Virus record (IMG/VR): IMGVR_UViG_3300012060_000014
Coordinates: 1-17,171 of that record
Strand: one strand, 5' to 3'
Source of the DNA: a virus
DNA length: 17,171 nucleotides
Shown: positions 1 to 6,341 of the stretch, piece by piece
Position numbering within the stretch: position 1 is the first letter of the stretch
How the letters are laid out: each line of letters starts with the position of its first letter
The notes under the pieces: model-generated
The model's database searches: none
What the model saw: only the letters and a program-made list of their open reading frames with translations
Told to the model about the DNA's origin: nothing
Made by a program: the position numbers and the translations under genes

Positions 1-123
1 TCCATCAAACACAATTTTACTCCACAATGTTTCACGTGAAACATTCTGGTAAAGTGGTAACGTGGTAATGTGCTAATTCGTTAAAGCACTTTAGTACGGT
101 GACGTGGTGGTGTGGTGACGTGA
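1..123. repeat. Left inverted terminal repeat (123 bp)
   Basis: I reverse-complemented 1-123 by hand and it matches 17049-17171 at every base. Identity stops at 124 (a) versus the complement of 17048 (g). It contains a perfect 20-bp palindrome AATGTTTCACGTGAAACATT (26-45) and four ACGTG cores. Confidence 0.97.
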
Positions 124-184
124 ATATGAATATCCTGTTAACAATTATGTAATAGAACATTAATGTTATGTCTATCGAAACATG

Positions 185-213
185 TTGCAAAATTTGTCGA
201 ATTATGGTACAAT
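185..213 (+). promoter_or_regulatory. Left-end early promoter (sigma-A type, extended -10)
   Basis: TTGCAA (185-190), a 17-nt spacer and TACAAT (208-213), with TG at 205-206 giving TGgTACAAT. It lies about 60 nt upstream of the first ORF and is nearly identical to the right-end promoter. Confidence 0.7.
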
Positions 214-273
214 AAAGAAGATAGGATATATGTTAATTAAAAACTAGACAAGTAGAAAGGGGTAAGGACACAC

Positions 274-486
274 ATGCATATTGCAGATCAGATTGAATAC
301 GTAAAAACAATGATTAAAAATGTAAGTGATGAGATTGGTTTTTCACAAGACAGGGAGGAAATATCACATTTAGCAGACGAAAAAGTCAGGCTAATATCTC
401 TATTGGTAAGTCTGGAAAAGCTTGCAAAAATCAATTCCTTAGTTGAAGCTTTTAACGCACAAAAAGTCACTCCGACGAGTCTTTGA
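274..486 (+). CDS. Hypothetical early protein (70 aa, predicted helical)
   Basis: First ORF after the promoter, with RBS AAAGGGG/AAGGA upstream of the ATG. No recognisable motifs. Its last codons overlap the 5' half of hammerhead copy 1. Confidence 0.7.
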   Translation: MHIADQIEYVKTMIKNVSDEIGFSQDREEISHLADEKVRLISLLVSLEKLAKINSLVEAFNAQKVTPTSL

Positions 487-525
487 AAATTAAGACGAAA
501 CTGCTCTTGATGAGCAGTAAGTGAC
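466..525 (+). ncRNA. Type I hammerhead ribozyme motif, core variant (position 4 is C)
   Basis: Stem I is GUCACU (466-471) / AGUGAC (520-525). The core is CCGACGA (472-478). Stem II is GUCUU/AAGAC (479-483 / 492-496) with loop UGAAAAUU. GAAA is at 497-500. Stem III is ACUGCUC/GAGCAGU (500-506 / 512-518). H17 is A519. It shares an exact 24-mer with the 6284-6341 copy. Confidence 0.65.
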
Positions 526-582
526 AGTGAGGTCACTAGTGGATAGATGGGATAAGCCATCACACGAAAGGAGCAGTGTATA

Positions 583-1065
583 ATGAAAAATTATATTGTA
601 ACAATTAAAGACGGTCTTGCATTAACAGCACATGAGGAAATGGCAGAATCCGTGAACACTTTAAAATTAAAGTACGGTGATAAATTCGTTGGCGCATCAT
701 TCATCGGACGGGCAACTTTGGAAGATAATATCAGGAAATTCGTAATTGAAAATTACGGTACTGAATACGTGCCAAGAGGCGAAACGATGGAAGAAATAAA
801 GACAGAAATTGAGCATTTGAAAAGCACGATAAAGCAGGTAAATGTTATTTATCGTGGCCAATCTGGTAATCTGCTAGATGCAACATTATCTACTAAAGTT
901 GACATTGAAGAGTGGTGTAAAAAATACAATTACACTTACGTAACAAAATACGGTTTACGCAATTTGTGTAATGAGGAACTTATCAACCTTGCCGTTCATA
1001 CCGTTTTGAATAAAGACAAAATTGCTATGCAGGCAGAAAACGAAAAGGAGAAAATATCATGTTAA
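583..1065 (+). CDS. Hypothetical early protein (160 aa)
   Basis: Strong RBS GAAAGGAG 9 nt upstream of the ATG. The stop overlaps the next start (ATGTTAA). No recognisable motifs. Confidence 0.8.
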   Translation: MKNYIVTIKDGLALTAHEEMAESVNTLKLKYGDKFVGASFIGRATLEDNIRKFVIENYGTEYVPRGETMEEIKTEIEHLKSTIKQVNVIYRGQSGNLLDATLSTKVDIEEWCKKYNYTYVTKYGLRNLCNEELINLAVHTVLNKDKIAMQAENEKEKISC

Positions 1066-1436
1066 TAGAATTCACATTAAAATCAACATTTTTAAATTTC
1101 AATGACCGTTATAACAAGATAGTAAAAGCAAGAAAAAAAGACGAATCTTCATATGTAACATTTTCCGCACCATATTCGGTCAAGACGGATAAAAAAACAT
1201 ATGAAAACAGGTACTTATCATGCATTAAGTTTTTTGATGATCCGGAAAAAGCAGAAGATTTTGGCATCCTACTCGATGAATCGGATGGAGTAAAATATGA
1301 TATATATGGAACAATAACAGATATTAATGAAAAGGGATATGTAAACGTAGTGGTTGATGAAATATGTCTAGTTGAAGAAAAAAAGGGCAGGGGAACCAAC
1401 ACAAGTAATAAAGGAAGAAACGGCAGAAATAAATAG
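1059..1436 (+). CDS. Hypothetical early protein (125 aa); possible ssDNA-binding protein by size, position and basic tail only
   Basis: RBS AAAAGGAG, translationally coupled to the upstream ORF and immediately upstream of the polymerase. The body looks beta-rich and the C-terminal tail is G/R/K/N-rich (KKGRGTNTSNKGRNGRNK). Its size is similar to phi29 p5. No diagnostic motif. Confidence 0.75.
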   Translation: MLIEFTLKSTFLNFNDRYNKIVKARKKDESSYVTFSAPYSVKTDKKTYENRYLSCIKFFDDPEKAEDFGILLDESDGVKYDIYGTITDINEKGYVNVVVDEICLVEEKKGRGTNTSNKGRNGRNK

Positions 1437-1472
1437 AACACAAAACATAAACGTAGAGAGGGGTTAACTTAA

Positions 1473-3764
1473 ATGTTAGAAATAATTAACAATAAAGAAA
1501 ATCTCTCTCTTTATTTAACCAAAAATTTGAGAGAAAAGAAACACATATTTTACGATATTGAAACGGTAACACTCAACCAAAAAACAAAAAAACCTAGTGA
1601 ACTTTTATCAATCGAATACATATGTGCAATTTCATATTTATATCAGGGAAAAGTAAATTATTTCTTCACACCGACATTGGAAAGTTTCATCAAATATCTG
1701 TACACAATAAAATCATCATGCAAGATAGACCTAACAGGTCAATTCATTTTTGGTTTCGACAATCATTTCCTCTTAAAATCCTTGACCGAACTGGGTTACA
1801 CTCCGGTCAACATGGAAAGAGATGCAATCAACGTACCATATTACACAAATTTAACCGCCGAAAATCCGGTCGAATGTTTAAGGGTGAAAAGAAAGTCCTC
1901 TCTCTCACTCAAATTCAAAATAAACGATATGGAAATTGAGACGGTTGACACAATTTTGAAGTCAAATTCCAAACTTGAAACGATGGGAAAGAAGCTACTC
2001 AATCTTAATTTGATTGATGAGGAATATCTTAAACTTGATGATTTTGATTATGAATTATACAATAAGAAAGAAAATTACACACTTTTCAAAGCGAAAGAAT
2101 ACGCAAGACAAATATACGATAATTTGAGTGAACGACAATTACAGTATTGCAGGAATGACGTTGTAATATTAGCCCTATACAAACATCATTACAAAGAATT
2201 ATACCCCAATTACGATTATTTCAAAATGACGTTATCACAAAATATAATGTCTGACTATGACACAACAAAATTATCAGTATTACAACTTAAAAACATTTTC
2301 TATAACGCAAAAGTTGAGAAACTTAGTGCAAGAGAAAAGCGGAAATATGAAACACACATAAAGTATTCTGACTATGTTTTTAACGGAATAAATCTATATC
2401 AATATTTGAAAGCGTCATATTCCGGTGGTCTTGTAATTTACAACGACAAACACATAGCGAAAATGATTAATAGATTAATGCGTTATGTGGATAGAAATAG
2501 TTCTTATCCTCACGTAATACACAAATTTCCAGTTCCAACTTTTTTAAAGGAATTCGGAAATGCAACAACACTGAACAACCTGAAAAAAGAAAACGAATTT
2601 TCCGTTTTTAGAATGACAATTGATGAATTCAATAATATGATTTTGGAAATTGATTCACACTTCATAAGATGTGCATTTGTAAAATATCTGTATAAGGGAA
2701 AAGATGATATTACGATAAATTCAAATAATCTGTTATTGTTGGAAGAGTTTGGAGTTGATTTGAGACGTTTTAAGTGCATGGACTACATAACATTCGAATG
2801 TAAACGTTTTGACACACACGAAAAGATTGCTGAATTTTACGCAATGAAACAACAATCAAAAAACAAAAATGAGATTGATGCGACCGATGTTGAAAATATA
2901 ATAGTATTAGATAATATCCTTGATAAATTAGATAGTACGGATGAGGAAATATATTTAGCAAAAGTGTCTATGAATGGACTTAGTGGCTTACCAGCTTTGA
3001 GATCAACTTTTCCTGTATATGTTTTAAATGAAAATAGTGAAATAGTTGGATATCAAACTGGATTCACAAACAAGGAAAGAAATTGCATATTTTCGATTTT
3101 TGTAACATCACATTCATTTTATGATTTGTTGCACCCACTTACGACATTAACAGCGGACGAAATTGATAATTATGTATATTACACAGATACTGATTCCCTC
3201 ATTGTTGATGATGTAATTTTTCACAAACTTGATTGTAAATTAGACGAAAACAATCTAGGTGCATGGGATGTTGAATATAATATCAAGAATTTATACATTG
3301 CAAATAATAAAATGTATTGTTTCCAGACAACCGAAAATAAAATTGTGGTAAAATCTTGTGGAGTTCGTAAAGATGCATTTGATACAAAAAACAAAACATT
3401 CGATGAGTTTGTAAAAGAATATTTAGCAATTGGTTGCAAACTTCCGAACCTCAAAAACGTGTTAAATAAACACGGAACTATCTCACTCTACAACGCATAT
3501 ACAGAAATCAAGGAACCACGTTACCGATTACCAGAACAAATTTTTAAGAAAACTAAGGAAGTACTTGACGAAATAAAAAGACAGGTCAGAAATTCACTCA
3601 CTATGGAAGAATATGAAGATACAATTTATATAGAAACATATCACGGCGCACTATCTTTGAGCGAATGCGTGGAAGAGGAAAACGAAACGGACGGAAAACA
3701 AGACATAGAAAAAATTGTAAAAACCTATAAGTTAGCAAAAATTTATATGAGAAAGGAAAAATAA
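1473..3764 (+). CDS. Family-B DNA polymerase, protein-primed (phi29 type)
   Basis: 763-aa ORF with RBS GAGAGGGG. The ordered motifs are ExoI FYDIETVT, ExoII FGFDNHFLL, ExoIII YCRNDVVIL, motif A YVDRNSSYP (DxxSLYP type), motif B KVSMNGLSG (Kx3NSxYG type), motif C YYTDTDS and the KxY region VVKSCG. A linear ITR-bounded genome implies protein priming. Confidence 0.95.
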   Translation: MLEIINNKENLSLYLTKNLREKKHIFYDIETVTLNQKTKKPSELLSIEYICAISYLYQGKVNYFFTPTLESFIKYLYTIKSSCKIDLTGQFIFGFDNHFLLKSLTELGYTPVNMERDAINVPYYTNLTAENPVECLRVKRKSSLSLKFKINDMEIETVDTILKSNSKLETMGKKLLNLNLIDEEYLKLDDFDYELYNKKENYTLFKAKEYARQIYDNLSERQLQYCRNDVVILALYKHHYKELYPNYDYFKMTLSQNIMSDYDTTKLSVLQLKNIFYNAKVEKLSAREKRKYETHIKYSDYVFNGINLYQYLKASYSGGLVIYNDKHIAKMINRLMRYVDRNSSYPHVIHKFPVPTFLKEFGNATTLNNLKKENEFSVFRMTIDEFNNMILEIDSHFIRCAFVKYLYKGKDDITINSNNLLLLEEFGVDLRRFKCMDYITFECKRFDTHEKIAEFYAMKQQSKNKNEIDATDVENIIVLDNILDKLDSTDEEIYLAKVSMNGLSGLPALRSTFPVYVLNENSEIVGYQTGFTNKERNCIFSIFVTSHSFYDLLHPLTTLTADEIDNYVYYTDTDSLIVDDVIFHKLDCKLDENNLGAWDVEYNIKNLYIANNKMYCFQTTENKIVVKSCGVRKDAFDTKNKTFDEFVKEYLAIGCKLPNLKNVLNKHGTISLYNAYTEIKEPRYRLPEQIFKKTKEVLDEIKRQVRNSLTMEEYEDTIYIETYHGALSLSECVEEENETDGKQDIEKIVKTYKLAKIYMRKEK

Positions 3765-3767
3765 AAA

Positions 3768-4169
3768 ATGGCATTAAATGAAATGCGTTCTAGGTCGAAA
3801 AAACCGCAAGATCAGGAAAGAGTAGAACAGGTAAAAAAGTATTACCGTAACAACACATTTTTAAATTTTGACAAAGCAACTCTTACACGGAATGAGGTTA
3901 CAAATCTGCTTAGTGAAAGAACAAAGAGTATGATTGATGATTTTGAAACGTTTCTCGATGTGCAAAGACATGAATCAAATATGTACATCAACGGCGCATC
4001 AAATTACAGTGAAAATTCTTTCATACATGATATTATGTCAAAAATGAATAAAATGTCATTACGAAAACAAATGCAATTCATGGAGAAAGCAAACAAACTA
4101 TTGAGAGAGGGTGGAATTAAAGGTGATCCGTACTCATGGCGTGCCGTAAAATATTCTGAATTCGGGTGA
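3768..4169 (+). CDS. Hypothetical protein (133 aa); weak terminal-protein candidate
   Basis: RBS AAAGGAAAA and ATG 4 nt after the polymerase stop. The N-terminus is basic (RSRSKKPQDQER...KKYYR) and Ser/Tyr residues lie near the C-terminus. No homology recognised. Confidence 0.75.
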   Translation: MALNEMRSRSKKPQDQERVEQVKKYYRNNTFLNFDKATLTRNEVTNLLSERTKSMIDDFETFLDVQRHESNMYINGASNYSENSFIHDIMSKMNKMSLRKQMQFMEKANKLLREGGIKGDPYSWRAVKYSEFG

Positions 4170-5392
4170 TAGATATGAAAGCTGGATTAAAAAACAAAAT
4201 TGACAAATGCATCAAAAAATACCGTGATTTACAGGATGAAAGATACAATAAATTCCTGTTATTAGACTATCTCACGGATGATGAAATTGACATAATGATG
4301 AGCATTACAAACCGGACAGACGGAAAAACATATTCGAACATCCTTATGCTACTTAGATTAAACGCTGAATTCGGTCTAACATTCGTTCTAATGTGTAGAC
4401 ATTTCACACTAAGAAAAGCATACTTAGCAACTGTTTTCGATATCGTAAACAGCGAACGCACTCACGATTCAAACCAACTCACAATTATGAACCGTGAGGA
4501 ATTTATCGAAATCGTGGGTAAAGGTGGTAAAACAGTTTGTTGCGTAACAGATCTTAATAGCGCAAGTGATTTGAAATATCGTGCAAATGAAATGCGTCAT
4601 TATGATTTAATTGTATATGATGAATTCATCGCACTTGAGCATGAATATTTATCACATGAAGTAGAATCCTTAAAGGTAATTTATGAAACTATGGATAGAG
4701 AATCAAACAAACGATTACTTGACAATCCGAAATTAATTTTTCTCGGAAACGCAATCAATTTTGCAAGTCCGGTAATCAGTTACTACAATATTTTTTCTGA
4801 TATCGAATTACAAGAAATCAACACAATTCAGGTTGTTGAAAAACTTACGGAAAACAACGACCACCTAAAAATAGCAATCGAATTACGCCGAAATGAAGAG
4901 GTAAACAAAACCAAAAATAGCAAACTTTTTAATTTAGGTGGAAACAACTATGCGCTGTCAGGAGAGTTCACAACGAATGATTATCTATTACATAACAACG
5001 TTGACAACATGGAATACATAATTTTAAAGATTGATAAAAAGTATTTGAAATGCTATTACAATTCAGTTCGGATTGTTTTGAACGTCCTTGATTATTGCGA
5101 TTCATACGGATACTGCAATAGCATTGCGGACATGAAAAAAGACGTGCATTACCTCAACGATAACTATTTTGATTCAGAACACATTCACAAAATGTATGAC
5201 CGTACAATCCTGTACGCAAACACATACACATTGCAATTCATTTCAAAATCAACTTACCTACAACAAATTTTGTATGAAGAAATCGTTGCAGAAATTATGT
5301 ACGATAAAAAGCAGATTAAAAAGATGATTGAACACAAGAATACAGACAAACGAATATTAGATATATTGAAACAATTTGAAAGTCCATTTTAA
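4166..5392 (+). CDS. DNA encapsidation (packaging) ATPase, phi29 gp16-like
   Basis: It is collinear with phi29 gp16 as I recall it. The matches are NRTDGKTYS vs GARGIGKSY (Walker A region), FVLMCRHF vs FIYVRRY, LIVYDEFI vs TIVFDEFI (Walker B) and LIFLGNAINFASPV vs CICLSNAVSVVNPY. The track start is GTG 4166, overlapping the upstream TGA. ATG 4175 is an equally plausible start. Confidence 0.88.
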   Translation: MIDMKAGLKNKIDKCIKKYRDLQDERYNKFLLLDYLTDDEIDIMMSITNRTDGKTYSNILMLLRLNAEFGLTFVLMCRHFTLRKAYLATVFDIVNSERTHDSNQLTIMNREEFIEIVGKGGKTVCCVTDLNSASDLKYRANEMRHYDLIVYDEFIALEHEYLSHEVESLKVIYETMDRESNKRLLDNPKLIFLGNAINFASPVISYYNIFSDIELQEINTIQVVEKLTENNDHLKIAIELRRNEEVNKTKNSKLFNLGGNNYALSGEFTTNDYLLHNNVDNMEYIILKIDKKYLKCYYNSVRIVLNVLDYCDSYGYCNSIADMKKDVHYLNDNYFDSEHIHKMYDRTILYANTYTLQFISKSTYLQQILYEEIVAEIMYDKKQIKKMIEHKNTDKRILDILKQFESPF

Positions 5393-5407
5393 AAAAAAAG
5401 AAAGGAA

Positions 5408-5593
5408 GTGAAAAAAAACATGATTGCTAAGAATGAACGTAAAATTATTATATGTCCAAAATGTAAAGGTGAGGGATTCAGGTTAGACAGAGTTAACGTT
5501 AATAATTCAATTGATTTACCGTGCAAATGCAAATATTGTTGTGGGAAAGGCAGAGTTATTAAACACACGGTTATCACACATACGATTGTTTAA
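5408..5593 (+). CDS. Small zinc-finger protein with two DnaJ-type CxxCxGxG motifs
   Basis: It carries CPKCKGEG and CKYCCGKG motifs plus an extra CKC. The track start is GTG 5408, directly abutting AGGAAG. ATG 5420 (MIAKNERK...) is the more likely start. Confidence 0.65.
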   Translation: MKKNMIAKNERKIIICPKCKGEGFRLDRVNVNNSIDLPCKCKYCCGKGRVIKHTVITHTIV

Positions 5594-5646
5594 GAAAAAA
5601 ACACAATTTAACTTCAAAAATTTGTCAGGAAAAATGCAGATTTCTC

Positions 5647-5675
5647 TTGACAATTTTTGTTATTCGTGGTAAAAT
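5647..5675 (+). promoter_or_regulatory. Internal promoter for the 5708-7184 cassette (consensus -35, extended -10)
   Basis: TTGACA (5647-5652), a 17-nt spacer and TAAAAT (5670-5675) preceded by TGg. The -35 lies in the right arm of an imperfect inverted repeat, CAAAAATTTGTCAG (5615-5628) / CTTGACAATTTTTG (5646-5659). Confidence 0.7.
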
Positions 5676-5707
5676 AAAAGAAAAAAGTTAATTTAGGGGG
5701 TAGCACT

Positions 5708-6013
5708 ATGACATACAAAAAGGTAGTTGAGGGAATCGCAAGAAATACAGTTGGTAAATTTATATTAGACAGGTTGGAACGTGGTTATTTTGATATTGAT
5801 AGCATAGAACTTACACAACCAATCGGCAAGGTTTTTGATGAAATGATATTTTTTCAAGTTAAAGTTCGCATTAACAAGTTTGATGATTTACTTGAAAGAG
5901 ATTATGCAATAGACGGAGCTATTTTCGACACTGGTAAAGGTACGGTAACATCAATTACTACACACGATGATAATTTCATTTATTCAGACACACTCAAAAA
6001 ATTTAAATTCTAA
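5708..6013 (+). CDS. Hypothetical protein (101 aa)
   Basis: RBS AGGGGG 7 nt upstream. It is the first gene after the internal promoter. No motifs recognised. Confidence 0.8.
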   Translation: MTYKKVVEGIARNTVGKFILDRLERGYFDIDSIELTQPIGKVFDEMIFFQVKVRINKFDDLLERDYAIDGAIFDTGKGTVTSITTHDDNFIYSDTLKKFKF

Positions 6014-6025
6014 GGAGATAGCAAG

Positions 6026-6283
6026 ATGAAAAATTTACTTAAAAGAATCCAAAATGAGGTAGTTGTAATAGAAGATTCATTAATGAGAAATGGAAAGCTG
6101 TTAGGAGATCAATCAATAACGGTCGCATTAGTTCTAACGGATGATGAAAAAGAATTGTTCAAAGAATGTCATTATTTTGAAAGTGAAAATTTTTGGTGGG
6201 AAATTACTGATAATGTTTTATATCTTACTTATTCCGGTGAAAATTTTTGGTGGGAAATGGAAAATATGATAACTTATTCATAA
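6026..6283 (+). CDS. Hypothetical acidic protein (85 aa) with duplicated ENFWWE motif
   Basis: RBS AAGGAG. It is rich in E and D. SENFWWEITDN and GENFWWEMENM are encoded by a repeated 21-mer, GTGAAAATTTTTGGTGGGAAA (6183-6203 and 6237-6257). Confidence 0.8.
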   Translation: MKNLLKRIQNEVVVIEDSLMRNGKLLGDQSITVALVLTDDEKELFKECHYFESENFWWEITDNVLYLTYSGENFWWEMENMITYS

Positions 6284-6341
6284 GTCACCCTGAGGAGTCT
6301 TTGAAAATTAAGACGAAAACCAGCATAGCTGGTTCGGTGTC
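6284..6341 (+). ncRNA. Type I hammerhead ribozyme motif (full consensus core)
   Basis: Stem I is GUCACC (6284-6289) / GGUGUC (6336-6341). CUGAGGA is at 6290-6296. Stem II is GUCUU/AAGAC (6297-6301 / 6310-6314) with loop UGAAAAUU. GAAA is at 6315-6318. Stem III is AACCAGC/GCUGGUU (6318-6324 / 6328-6334). H17 is C6335. All invariant positions are present in the correct order. Confidence 0.85.

Noticed and set aside
479-496. GUCUU-UGAAAAUU-AAGAC hairpin considered as a lambda boxB/nut-like antitermination site because of its GAAAA-containing loop.
   Set aside because: There is no boxA-like partner and no N-like arginine-rich protein. The flanking CUGANGA and GAAA plus two further helices fit the hammerhead far better.
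483-512. TTGAAA inside the repeated element read as a -35 box, which would make the two copies internal promoters.
   Set aside because: The sequences 17 nt downstream (CTTGAT in copy 1, CATAGC in copy 2) are poor -10 hexamers and are not conserved between copies. The conserved bases instead match the hammerhead stem II loop and GAAA.
487-582. Multi-hairpin spacer considered as a phi29-style pRNA gene.
   Set aside because: It is too short and sits inside the early mRNA rather than being its own transcript. It has no complementary loop pair for ring formation. Its conserved part is fully explained by the hammerhead consensus. The rest is a 5' leader with hairpins.
5391-5419. Long A runs (A9 and A8) between the ATPase gene and the zinc-finger ORF, considered as slippery or frameshift sequences.
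   Set aside because: They lie after the ATPase stop codon and before the likely ATG at 5420. No extended alternative frame would be accessed. They are most simply an A-rich spacer around the RBS.
6281-6304. In-frame continuation after the TAA of the 85-aa ORF (VTLRSL then TGA), which mirrors the C-terminus VTPTSL of the 70-aa ORF. Considered as stop-codon readthrough.
   Set aside because: The resemblance is a by-product of both regions encoding the same ribozyme 5' half. Nothing else suggests readthrough, and the upstream proteins are unrelated.
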